DNA of 64,000 nt, from assembly GCA_964658305.1 (NCBI GenBank), contig OZ210885.1:1550001-1614000 (forward strand), read 5' to 3'. Within the stretch, counting starts at the first letter, position 1; each line of letters begins with the position of its first letter. Below the pieces are notes generated by a model. That model saw nothing but the letters and a program-made list of their open reading frames with translations, had not been told where the DNA came from and made no database searches. This DNA is from Leptogorgia sarmentosa. Taxonomy: Eukaryota. A program made the translations under genes and the position numbers. This document shows, piece by piece, positions 38,177 to 51,095 of this stretch.

Positions 38177-38761
38177 CAGGGTGTCTCAAAAAAAAGGTAA
38201 TCGAACTTTGGCATGCCATTGTGCGTTAATTACTGGGTGTACGAATGTGATTTTTGCATGGTCATAAAGATCAAGGTCTTAGCAGTTGAATGACATATTT
38301 CTTGTACGTATGGAAGAAAATCAGGCAAATGCGGGCGTGTTGAAAAATCTCGGTGAAAAACGCATTCTCTCACCTCTGTGCCTAATTAAAGCAGTGCATA
38401 ACAAAAGAAAAACGCGATTCATCACGAATGTGTCATGGTAACAAAGATTTTATCAGGATTATTAATAATTATGCATAATCAGGTCGATTGTTGAAGGGAA
38501 GGTCGTCATCTTCGAGTCCCTGAGGGAGTTAATTTTGAATAGGTTTAGCTGCAATTCTCAGAGGTGAAAGAATGCGTTTTTCACCGAGATTTTTCAAGAC
38601 GCTCGCATTTGCCTGATTTTCTTCCATATCGTACAACAAATATGTCACTCAACTGCTAAGACCTTGATCTTTATGACCATGGAAAAATCACGTTCGTACA
38701 CCCAGTAATTAACGCACAATGGCATGCCAAAGTTGGATTACCTTTTTTTTGAGACACCCTG
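38177..38761. mobile_element. Tc1/mariner-type foldback MITE with very long TIRs
   Basis: ta|cagggtgtctcaaaaaaaaggtaatc ... gattaccttttttttgagacaccctg|ta. Arms near-complementary over ~200 bp. Related diverged copy at ~39190-39703. Confidence 0.9.
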
Positions 38762-38808
38762 TATTGTCACAGATTCATCGATGCATGATATATAGCTAGT
38801 ATAAATAA

Positions 38809-39175
38809 TTATTATATGGCTTTTCAAAATTCTCTCTTTTGATTGGTTGACATGGGGTCCGTAAGAACCGTGGTCCGTATTTTCCGTATCTAGACCGATG
38901 CCCGGATGTCGATTATTTGGCGGGAAAATTCGCTTCACAAACAGAAACAATTTTGCTTTTTATTTTTTCAATTTAAGTTATTTTACAGATAAAAATTTCA
39001 AACAACCAAATTATTTTTTATTGAGCATGTATGTCTACCGTATACTGTTACACATGCAGTGAAACTGACGATAGCCTCAATTCATCACAGACTCAATATT
39101 CAGCCATATAATAAACGGATTATTGACCTCGCTTGAATGATCTTGATCGGTCTGTACTGTGAAATATCAGACCTC
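38809..39175. mobile_element. Asymmetric-subTIR element, hairpin truncated
   Basis: ttattatatggct (38809-38821) / agccatataataa (39102-39114), with tgattgg ~20 nt inside the left subTIR. Confidence 0.5.
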
Positions 39176-40800
39176 TGTTTTCTTTTTGCGGGGCGTGTCA
39201 AAAAGGTAATCAAACTTTGAACACTGGGTGTATAAACACAATTTTTGCATAGTCGTGAAGATGAGAGTCTTATACCTGTTGAATGATGTATTTTTTGGGT
39301 CATTTTGAGCAAAACAGAAGAAAATTAAAATGAGATTAATGAGAACGATAAAATTCACCTTAATTGTTTCTAATAAACAACGGTGTATAACAAAAGAAAG
39401 GCGCAATCAATCACGAATGTGTCGTGCTAACAAAGAGCTTAGCTCAATGAGTTCACTGATTTTACTAGGATTATTGATAATTTTCATATTCAAATCGTTA
39501 TTTTTCGTCGTCCGCTCCAAGTCCCAGAGGGAACAAGTTTTCAATAAGTTTATAGTCCCATTGCTCAACGATAAATTATGCGATTTCGATTGAACAGCTG
39601 AGACTTTTTAACTATGTAAAACTGATATACAAATATTTATAAATACCAGACTTACAAAGCACAATGTCATGTCAAAATTCGATTACATTTTTTAGACATC
39701 CTGTATAGGGCTGTTAATGATCATGGGACAGTTTAGACAATGATGTAAAGGTAACTTAATACATTCAAGAGCCCTTGATATACTTCTCACAAAGATGACA
39801 ATTTAGATTTCATGATTATTATATAAGATCGGTTACCATAAAACTGTCCCACTCATTAACGAATGATTTCAGGAACATAAATTTTTGGAAATTTCTCTAG
39901 GGCCAAATTTTAACTATGTTATTTTCCAGTGAATTTAGCATACTTGAGAAACAAGGGCGGAAAACCTAATGATGTTTATACCAATACGTTATTTCCGTTT
40001 TATCTTACTACATAAGAACGTTACGTACATTATTACAGATTTACGTACATTAATTCTGCGCACGCATGCGATCATTCAAGGGCATGCACATGCATGCCCT
40101 TGAATGATCGCGCATCTCACCATTCCACAATATTAGCCAAAATTTTGAAATAGGAAAATTAGGAAACAACATTCTAAATTTATAGTTAATATTGAAGATT
40201 TGTTGCAAAATATCCTTAAATCTGGAAACTAGAAGTTTCCGATTATTGTATAATTTTGTATTACGGGCGAAAAAGCGTTGCTATTACATATTTTCGAAAA
40301 GTGGTATGGCTTTTCCTTGCGTTATACAAAAGTATACAAATTTACAAAATTCAAAAAAAATTTTGAGTGTGCCGGGTTGTGAGGTGTTGCTATACTTGAA
40401 TTGTTGTGTTTCCCGAATGCTCCCTCGCTTTGATTCGCTGTTCATGAATCGCTTATCCTTCTTTGAATACATTTTATAGCTATGGAATTCAGCTAAGGAA
40501 ACTCCAGGACCAAAAACACAACATGTTGGTCTTTGGACAATTTTAAACAGTGACGTAAAGTGGGGGCCAATTCGAGTGGCTCTTCACCTTTCACAATCTT
40601 CAAATGTGCCGACGTGTTAGCTTCTTTGTTTAAGCTCGTTTATATTTACCGTTGAAACACTTTATAATTAACTCTTTTCCAAAGACCATTTGTACTGACT
40701 TCAACACGCAACACGCAATCTTCATATTATATAACGGGAGTGCAAGTCAAGAAAATTCATTTTTGTAATTTTTTGGTGTATGTTTTGTTATACGGCCAAC

Positions 40801-42474
40801 ATGAGTAATCAGACGTTGTTCATTTTTCTCTGTGCATCATCATTGATGATTTTGGTGCACGGCTGCACAAGCAATATCGATTGTATCTCAAGCGGTTATC
40901 TAGGTTGTTGCCTTTATAATAAATGCCAATACATATCATACGATGATAGTTGCTCAAATTATCATGGCGCCCATTGTTATGGTGATTCTGGCTGTACGAG
41001 CGGTTGTTGTCTTGATTCTTCATGCGAAGCAGAAACTGACTCTAGATGTATTATTGCTAAGAACAGATGTTATGGAGACTGGGAATGTGATAGTAATTGT
41101 TGTAAGAATAAGCAATGTCAAGTGAATGACACGCTATGTTCTACCAATAATAAAAGTAAGTTTTTTAAGCAGGTATTTGAGAAAATTATTGTGCGAAATC
41201 AAATAGTTCAATCTATTGCTGCTATTACTTCTCACATTCAATTCGTTCTCGCTTGTGTGATGATGTTTTTTCAAATCTGTGCAACATACTAGTTTAGTTG
41301 TGTTTTAAAAATCAGAAAAAGTAAATATTAAATAACATCAACAAATTAAAACTAGAAATATTGAATAAATGAGGTAAGCGAGCGCCTTTATCAGAAATGT
41401 TAACCATGTCTGAAATGACATGCTCGACCCCAGGCCTTCATTTCAAAATCGTACAACGTTTATTATTCTAAAAGTCTAGAAGTATACTAGCTACAATTTT
41501 TTTAGTATTTTAAATCAGGTTTTTATTATTTTTACACGAAAAAATAAAAAATGTGTACTTTGGTTAAGCATATTAAATTAGTATACAAGAGCAAGATATG
41601 GAGGGAAAAAATAGCTCAAAATAAATAAAATTGACGATCATTGCATTTTATTCTGTTTGACATTTGATATTTGTACTACTTGCTACATAATTGTACGCGA
41701 TTAGGCAAACACTGTTCAAATCAACAAAAACGACGCATTAAAACGAAAATGTGAACTTAGTAATAGTTTGACAAATAAAACAATCGAAATCTTTTTCAAA
41801 TTTCGTTTCTAACTCAGCTGAAACGTACAAGAGGCAAAAAAATTTGTCATGACATGACTGTTTATACAGTTTGTACAAAAAAACGCAACTGAGTATTGAA
41901 ATGATCTATTGTCATGATTTCAATGGCCGGCCTAACCGTTACTAATATAAGCTGAATGTGCGCTTTAAATTTTAATGTTTGAATAAGTCAATACTTAATA
42001 TATGCACCTGTCAATATTTTGCACTTTTTACACTCAGTTAGTTTAGTGCTAGTGCATGTATTGAAATCATGATAATAGATCATTTTCAATACTCAGTTGC
42101 GGTTTATTTTGGAACACCCTGCATGTAATAAGATATTTCTTAATAATTAATCCACATAATTATTTAGTTAATTATATTTATATTAAATTCTAGTTTCTCA
42201 CAAGAAGAATAACTGGTGTGCTTTTGATTCCGCCACGTGCATTGGTCTTGTGGTTGGTATACCAGGCTCCATAATTATATTGCTTTCCACGTTGCAAGCA
42301 TATCGCCGCCGCCAACGTCTTCGAGCTTTGTTAGCCTCAGGAAGAATTGGAATTGTGTTTCCGACCTTGGTCGTTGCTCCAGTGATTGTTGAGAATGACG
42401 AGCTTCAACACGAACATGAACGACATGTCAACAATCAACCACGCCACGATCCACCACCATCCTATCGAGAATAA
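40801..42474 (+). CDS. Cys-rich single-pass type I membrane protein with C-terminal PPxY motif (2 coding exons)
   Basis: Exons 40801-41155 and 42194-42474 (phase 1). Signal peptide. Three C-x5-C-x(3-7)-CC-x4-C modules. TM IGLVVGIPGSIIILLSTLQAY, then RRRQR. Ends DPPPSYRE. Confidence 0.8.
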
Positions 42475-42809
42475 AATTGTTAATACCTTACTACTTAGGC
42501 AATTTGAATTTAAAACTAATCAACTCGATATATGTTAACTATTTTAAGGCAAGGCAAGACCAATAAATACAATATTGTTGAATCGCTCCAATATCTTCTG
42601 TTTCACTAAAGCTTATAATTATTGCATTCGAGAGGAATCATCAGGTGGCTCTATATGGCATCGGGCACTCGTTGACCACGCTCGTAAAGCCCTCCGTCTC
42701 GTATACTTACATGTGGTTATTCAGTCCAAGTATCCATGTATTGTTCTAAAGATGAATATTAATTTGAATATAATAATTATTTTGAATATGTATAAGATGA
42801 TTATTAATT

Positions 42810-43290
42810 AAAGTGATTTGCCCAGCAAGTGATTTTAAATGTATACATCATAAACCATTGAAGTTTATATAGAATTTGTTTAGCTAACGTTTCGTTGCTA
42901 CATCGCAACATCATCAGAGCAATAGTTATAATGATAACGTCAACGTGTATACATTATAACATGAATATGTGTATAAGAAACCGTTATTTGAGCAGTAATG
43001 AACAGATAGTTTCGGCGAGAAAGGACCTAATGCAGTAATCGATAAGAGAAGTTGGATAACCGTTACGGGAGAATAATTATTTGGTTGATTAAAGTTCTGA
43101 AGTTCACAGTGGAAAGATTGATAAGAGGAACAAAATGTTAAAGTAGCGAGAGATCAAAGAAAGGAGTAGGCCTTTCTTGTATGTCATGGGAATAAAGCAG
43201 TTATAGTTAGTAAAGAGTCCAGTTGAGGTTAGTTTACGAAACACAGAAGTGGAAAAGTGACAATTGCATGGTTCGTGTGATGTCAATGCT
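42810..43290 (-). mobile_element. Penelope-like element remnant (RT C-terminal region + terminal repeat)
   Basis: FSTSVFRKLTSTGLFTNYNCFIPMTYKKGLLLSLISRYFNI, then after frameshifts CSSYQSFHCEL and FSRNGYPTSLIDYCIRSFL, typical PLE motifs. Hammerhead motif downstream. Confidence 0.75.
42882..42920 (-). ncRNA. Minimal type I hammerhead ribozyme motif (Penelope-associated)
   Basis: Minus strand reads gct CUGAUGA u GUUGC gaugua GCAAC GAAA CGUU agc: intact core, 5-bp helix II, gct/agc helix I, palindromic AACGUU helix III. Confidence 0.75.
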
Positions 43291-43821
43291 GTGGCGCAAT
43301 TGACGCAACCAATGTGTTGATGTAGTGAGAGAATATCCGTTTAATCGGGAATATTAATTTCATACCTGCTTTCGACCAATGAAGTTAATTCGCACACCGC
43401 AACAGGGTGGATACAGGATTTTAAAAAGGGCGAGGGGTGAAATTATAGATTGTTTAAATCCTAGCTTCAATGCTTGGCAAACGAACCATCCTGATCATCA
43501 ATAAACTCAGCTGCAGTGCTCATTATAATTTTTAGACATTTTGCACACAAGAGACAACAACAATTATCATGAGATAGAAAAAGATTTTACTTTTGCTTAT
43601 CGTAATATAAATTACGTAGCAATATTCTTCTCAGTCAATTTTATTAACCAAGAAAGCTAATATCAGCGTACTAGCTAGTAGGTCAAGAATTTTCTGGTTG
43701 GTGATTTAAAGGCACTTCACATTTTCGCAAAAATCCCATCGAAACATCGCCTTGACCTTCGCCTTCTTCCTCGAATCCGCCATCTGGCATTACGTCATTG
43801 TAAGCAAAAGCTCGTCGCTGA

Positions 43822-43900
43822 TTAGCTAGAAGCTAACAGCTAACGGCTAATAGCTAACAGCTGACAGCTAACAGCTAGAAGCTAACAGCTAACAGCTAAC
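43822..43900. repeat. 7-bp tandem repeat (agctaac)n
   Basis: About 11 imperfect copies of agctaac. Confidence 0.85.
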
Positions 43901-46341
43901 AAGGTCATAGCATAGTATCTGGCTATCTGCGAATTCGCAGATACAAATTGAATTAAACGGGTGACGTTTCTTATTATCTGCATGACCACATATTTGATAG
44001 AATGCATATTGATGATAATCACTGACTGATTCATGCAATATTTTAAATATTCATGAGTATGTATATATAGCTAGTAGTGAGTAAACGCGCATACTTATTT
44101 TTTTGCTCTTTAATGTTAAGTAGAGACGCGGTACATAAGGCATCCATATATTATTAATTCTCAGTACACCACCTGCACTACACTGGACACAACAACCGTG
44201 AAGCTGACATTTTGGTGAGTTAATATAGTGCTATTTTCTTTTTATTTTACCTTGGTGTGTGGTTGCTTTACTAGATATAAAGTATTCGATCATGTTACTG
44301 CCAAACAGTTCTTGCTTGCGAGAATTTGAACACTTTAGTGATCGAAGCATGCAGCATGACAATTGAACTTGTCATGACTATCACGTTCATCTATCTTTCT
44401 ACAGTAAAACTGCTGCGCGTGCAGTGAATTCCAGTATCGCGATATCATAACACTTTTAATTTGTGTGTGTATTCTTAGAGCAATGGATTTCCTAATTTTC
44501 TCCGTGCATATATGGCTTTTTGAATTTGCTATAGCTAGATGATTTTTACCGATAAGTATTACAAAGCTAGGACTATATAATATATATATCTTGTATAATT
44601 TAAAGCCTGAGAAAGAAAAAAATTGAAGACTAAAGTCTATACGATCTTAAAAACGTTTTAAATTAAACAGGCTCGCTAACTAAAATAATAGCCTATATGT
44701 AGATTGAAATAAAAATATATTTTACATTTAGTGAAAAACTGTGAAACTTTACGGACGAAGTTTAGAAATATAATTGACGATTGAACATTATAATTTCAGT
44801 ATTTTTTTCTTGAAACGTTTTTGTCATTAATATTTTACATTAATTGTGTTTTTGTGCAGTATAATAATGGTTATAATTATAATTGTAATTATAATTGTAA
44901 TTATAATTAGAGAGAGACCTTTATACTGTAGCTTCATATTTACGACAAACCGCTGCATGGCCGCAAACGGCAAATTTCAAATTCAATCTCGGGTTAGTTG
45001 TTATAAAATGTTAGCTTTTGGGAATTAGGAAAAATTGTCCAATAAACTTACTTGGCGTTTGCCGTTAGCATGTAGCGATGAAAAGACCTCAATTCATGAA
45101 GTCACCACTGCAGAATAACTGAACTGCAGGATAAAAACCTAATGTTTTCTTGCTTGCAATGCAATAATTAAAATTATATGAATTTGCCTCGACATGTGTA
45201 GCCAAAAAAATCAGAAATTGTTGTTTCAAAATGATTGGTATTCCTGCTTCAAGTGAGGGGCGCACAATGTAAAAAAATGAAAACAAGACGCTTCATGCAT
45301 GGAACGTTTAGTCCTTTAGGCTAACAGCGTCCACTCCCAGCCGAAGGAATATTTATAATTTTATTGCGCGTGTGGATCAATGTCTGTAGTTAATAGTGTT
45401 AGTGATAAGGGCGTCAGGTTGTAATGATACTGACAAGTATTAACAACAAATCAAATCGAATATAATTGAAAATAAAAATGTCATTGAAGAAAACCAGTAT
45501 AGCATTTTGTACATACGATTCTCTAAGCCCACAAAACACACGTACGTCGTGGGAAAGATGAATGACATTGTAAACATACATAGACAAAGTAAATATAATT
45601 TGCGAACCGACGCAGATGTCAATATTTTCCCATTAGGCATGACAGAAAAAGGAAATCGTTATGACTACGCTGTCAAAATTTGGAAGCAAAAGCTGCATAT
45701 GTGTGCATGTTACAAGTGCAATTGTAAATATAAACGTGCGTATGCTTAGGCTTGGTTGACAATCGTTTCTTTAGATATTTCCCGCGGTTAATATATATCA
45801 ACATTAGGTCATACAATTCGCTTAGTTCCCATTCACAATATGGATAGAGGTATTGTGGAATGACGGCAAGCTGTATTTTACAATTAGTTGATTATATAAA
45901 ACTCGATCCATAATTTTCAGAAATTTATTGTACTTGCATACTTTCTTAAGTGTTTTAATTAATGTATGCAAAGAAATAGAGAATATTATACGGCAGTGCG
46001 AAGATATGAAATTTATCTTCGAGCGGTGAAAACAGTATTCACTGTGGCGGGAAATTATCATGTGACTGATATCTTCACCAGTGCACATTGTATATTTTTC
46101 TGTATCTCTATTATATTATAGCAATAGAGTTGATGTTTGCGTGCTGCGCTCGGGCTAGTCTGAGTCGGGCCAAAACCATATTTACGCCCAAGAACATCAA
46201 ATGTATTACTATTACACTGAACAGACATTCGGCCTTAGCAACAAAACATTTGGCGCGCTTGACAACGGGCACGTTCTAATGTTGAAACGTTGATATGCTT
46301 GTGACGTCATTAAACTCTCAGACTGAATGCGCGATAATTAA

Positions 46342-46574
46342 AGGTGCCCTCCACTCATAATGTAAACAAATGCTTTGTTGACATTTTGAACAGCTATTTT
46401 TGTAAAATATTATAATACTAACAGCATATCTAACGCTGTTTTGGTTTGCTATGGTCATAAATGAATATAAACCAGAGTTTTGATTCAGAAAATGTTCGGA
46501 ACATTACAAATTTTTTGCAATATTATATCTGCGGGTCCCGATTTGTTATGCGCAGAACGGAGTGGACATCACCT
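46342..46574. mobile_element. Kolobok-like MITE with TTAA TSD
   Basis: ttaa|aggtgccctccactc ... gagtggacatcacct|ttaa. The paralogous site at ~54461 (gataattaagtttgg) is empty. Confidence 0.8.
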
Positions 46575-47202
46575 TTAAGTTTGGGGCAGCGAACGTAGTC
46601 GACGAAAGAACTTCTCCTGGGAGATCAGTTTCTAAAATCTTGATATGTCTAATGAGTTTTATGTGCCAAGAAAAACCCATTATGGACTGCTCCAAACTAC
46701 ACTATACATTTTGTTGTAGTTATGACTTGCTTAAAAAGTTGTAGTTTAATTTTTTCGTACGCCTACGCATGTAAAAATTGAAGTGCATTTTAAAGCTAGT
46801 TTCAATACAATCATATGAATAAATGTAAATCATCTCTCATACTTTAAATGATGTAGTGTGTTTCTAAAGGCATTTTATTAATAAAATGAAGTACAGAGGG
46901 ATTAATTTATTTCCACTTTCATTTTAAAAACGGATAACTGAAATGCAGCCTAAAGATTAAATAACTATGATAAATGATTCTCAGGAAAATCTGTATTTCG
47001 CGAAAATTAATTAATGCCCTTTTTCTATTTTCGATCTTCAAAATCGCAAAAATAAAGTCTCGCGAAATATGGCTTCGAAAAAATCGCGAAATAAACTATA
47101 CGCGCGAAATCAACTACGAATATAATCCACACGGCAGGCACAATAACACTCCTCCTTTTTTTTCTTTTGAAGGACTAACTACTTGAAAATTGGAAGGCAA
47201 CG

Positions 47203-49664
47203 ATGCATATCATAAAGTTGCATTTGCTGAGTTTTTTCATTGCATTCACATTACAATCACTAATTGTGGCGGTAAATTTTTGTTTTAACGCAAGTCTCGA
47301 GGGTACGTATTCGTGACGTGAAAATAGACAAACGTTTGTCCACCGTCCTTGGTCGTGATTGTATTCAGATGCCTGCTTCTTTCAAACTTCATGATGTTGT
47401 CTAAATTTCATAGGTTACAGACTTAATGTGACAGTTCTGACGACAAAAGTGGTTCCTGATTGGCTTGCCTGTGTGATGGAATGTGTTACAGAGCCTTGCT
47501 GTCGATCAATCAATTATAAAAATACACTGAACTTGCCGAAGGATGAATCAAATTGTGAAATGTTGCATAATGTGGTCAATAATATGTCTCAGAAATATTT
47601 GGAAAGAAATTGTTCTTATAACCATGTTTTTCTGAATAATCCACAAAAGGTAAAAATAATTCTCAACTGCAAATTAACAAATTTTAAACCTCTTTCAAAT
47701 TAATCCTCGATACCGCTCAATGCAAAGTTTAGCTTGGGGTACATGCAGGTACAGCGCCCGCGGAGAGTGTTTGCAAGTGGTGGGGCTGTGCCCATGAGGG
47801 GAATTTGGAGTGCTTAGATCGTCGGAAATGTCTCTCATATATAGCCTACGTGGTCTCATATAGCCTACGACGTTTACTAATTGATAGATATTCCATCCAA
47901 AATACTTGTGTTTCGGAATTGGAATGTTTTGATAGCTGTACTATTGATAAGACGCCAGCACTAAATGGCCACAACAGCCCACACGCTTGTTAATTTTTTA
48001 ATTAAGTTTCCATGGCCTGCTGGCGTCATTTCCTAATACTAAAATTGTAGACATAATTATTAACGTGCATTATGCAAATTAAGTGACAAGACATGCGCAA
48101 TGAAAAATATAAAAATTTTTAAATTTTGCGTGAAGTTTTCGAGGATAAAGTAGATTTTTTTCATTCATGTAGGAATTTAATGGGAGCTGCTTTCCAAAAG
48201 GTAAATGTCTAAAATGTGACAACGTTTTGTTTGGTCATCTCACTTTTAGTTACAGATTTGATCATGAATAATTTTTAGAACTCTTTTTCCATTCTAGCGA
48301 AGGTTAGTATATTTCCCTAAATTTAGTTATGTGAAATTATCAAAATTAATATGAAATGATGATTGTAATTATATGTTATATGCGTTTATATATTATCTTC
48401 CCGTATGATTTTTTGTCTATTCAATACATATTGCCTTTAATACGTTAAAAGTCGGGATATCTAGCTACTGTATAGTGATTTCCAGATTTTTTTCGACGGT
48501 TGTAGAAATCCTCAAAAGCTAAAAAATTGCAAACATGGGCCTGGCAATAGACAATAGTTGAAAGAAATGGCTACATTTAAATATCAAGGCTAAGTCTGAG
48601 TCAGACCGATCAACACAGGTTGTTTTAGAGAGTTAATTTCTTTCATGCATGACATCATGCGAGGTGCTTTCTTCAAACGTCACACTAAACTTAGGTAGGG
48701 AAGCTAACCTGGGATTTTCAAAAGCAATATACTACTTCCCTGCCGGAAAAATGCAGAAAAGTTGCGATAATTATGTTATTTATGGGTATTCAGCGAAATT
48801 TGATATAAAATTTCAATTCTCGATTCAACAGTACGTAAAAGTTGTGCTGATTGGCTGAATAAAAGTGCAGCCACAAATACAACACTTCAGGATGGTGTCT
48901 ATTCTATAAACCCCGAGGGACAGAAGAACACAGGTTTCACTGTCTGGTGTGACATGCATACAGATGGAGGAGGTTGGACAGTGTTCCAGAAACGAAAAGA
49001 TGGATTGCAAAACTTTAATCGCAATTGGGCATCGTATGAAAACGGGTTTGGTGAAAGCGACAGTAATTATTGGCTTGGTCTACATAGAATTTACAGCATG
49101 ATAAAAGATCAAAGCCAAATTCTAAGAGTTGATCTTCAAGATTGGGAAAATAACAGCCGATACGCAGTGTATGGCGTCTTTTCAATTGGGAGTAAAGATG
49201 TCAAGTACAAAATAAAAATTGGAAATTATTCAGGTGGAAAATTTTTGATTATATTCAAAATAAATATCTTGCCCTTTACCACTTAACAACACTTACGACA
49301 AACGGGGGCAGGGTATTTGCTCATCTTTGGCTTTGCCATAGAGGGCAGAATTTTAAACTGGCAGATAATTATTGTCTTTTCATTTCTTGTAGGTGATGCA
49401 GGAGACTCTCTCAGCCATCAGGATAATAAAAAATTCAGCACTTACGATAACGATAACGATAACGACGGCAATGGCCGTAACTGTGCAGCTTTGTTTCAAG
49501 GTGGATGGTGGTTTCGTAATTGTCTGCAGTGTAACCTGAATGGCCGGTACATCCAAGGAGGAAATCATTCATTCGCACGAGGCACAGGAGTTCAATGGCA
49601 GAAATTTAAAGGGGACAAATATTCCTTGAAATACACCGAAATGAAAATACGACCAAAAAACTAG
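47203..49664 (+). CDS. Secreted PAN-A + fibrinogen C-terminal domain (FReD, ficolin/tachylectin-like) protein
   Basis: Exons 47203-47302, 47414-47649, 48173-48200, 48832-49233, 49393-49664 in phase 1,0,1,1. FReD motifs VWCDMHTDGGGWTVFQKRKDG, YWLGL, KFSTYDNDND..NCA..GGWWF..C..NLNG, TEMKIRP. Confidence 0.9.
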
Positions 49665-51095
49665 AACATTCCAGTTAATTAATATTTGCACCACAAATGG
49701 GGAAAATGTAGAGAGTTGTAGCTTTTCATTATTACAAGGCCATCGATGGACCTTTCCCCTTTTAGACGAACTTTACTGAGATTTGGATGAATTTATCATC
49801 ACGGCTGGAAAGGGGATCATTAATTCAGTTGAATCATGAAGTTTGTTTGCACCTAAATAACGCTAAAATGAGGAAATTAAAAAGATTTCGAATGACTCAG
49901 ATTTCGAATGCGCGATCATGATTTTTTCGTGCGTAATACAAAGTATATATATTATTGATAGAGTGTGAGGTCCGTTCTGGGGAATACTGCACGGTCGAGT
50001 TCTTTTTACCTCCAGTACGGACCGAACAAGCTCAGTCAATAAGCTATTTATTATATGGCAAAAGATAAACAAAACTCGTTTACAACAATTCAACACTATG
50101 AACAAAGCCGGTAAACGGCTAATTAATATAAGAACAGCTGAAGAAGTTCGCTAAAAATTGTTCTCTAAAATGTTTACTTATTGGCTACCAAAAAAAAGAA
50201 CAGAATGTTCAAACATGTTTTTAACTTATTTTGTCTTCGCTGCCGCTCGATTCAATAAACAACCGACGTCGCTAAACCAGAGCGTTCTCACGGTTAGTAA
50301 TGAAATTTTTTAATTCAAAAGTTCCTCTAAAACGGGAAAGGTTCATTCGGATGGACAGAAACTTCATTTCATTACATGATTGATATAGCAATAGCATTAG
50401 GAATAAGCATTATGAAGATCTTGAAATGCATGGAGAGCAGATCGTTTAGGCATTGATTGGCTTATAGTTTAATTTTAGCTTGATGTTATTGGTGGGGGCA
50501 TTTAATTTCATAAGATAGATTCACATAAAGTCACGATTAGGTACAAGTATAATTATTGTAGGCTGTTAACGACTCAAAACTGAAAGTCTAAAACTATACT
50601 TGCCTGGAAAATATCAAACTAACGTTTCATAGCGAGTATAATCATCCAGTTACTGGCTTGATTGAATTAGTTTGTAGACCAATTTTTATTAAATATTATT
50701 AATTAAAAAGTGTGTTCGTGTCTTCGTGATAAGCCGTTCATCTTTCAGCATTAGTTAAACGCAGTAATTTTCATAAAAACTAATCTAACATACTAAGAAG
50801 TAAGCTACCAATGTTTTTACGATTAATAAACTTGTTACTATTCATTATTCCCAGGGTTATTGCCATAATATACTGTCACAACTAGACTAAGTAATTTACT
50901 ATCGTATTACTCACTATCTGTCTGCATACTAATTACTCGCTATTCTTCTGCAAGATAATTACTTCCCGGCGCTCTTTATAACCCTATTGTGCACGCCCGC
51001 TTCATTAAAATACCCTCGCTATTTTTCTCCATAAATTAACGCTAACTCTTCTTTGCATATATTGACGCTAACTCCTCTTTGCATACTAATTACCC

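Noticed and set aside
45507..45749. Cys-containing small ORF recurring in all three units (..MCACYKCNCKY..)
   Set aside because: Similarity is explained by the recent duplication. Start, stop and putative acceptor differ between copies.
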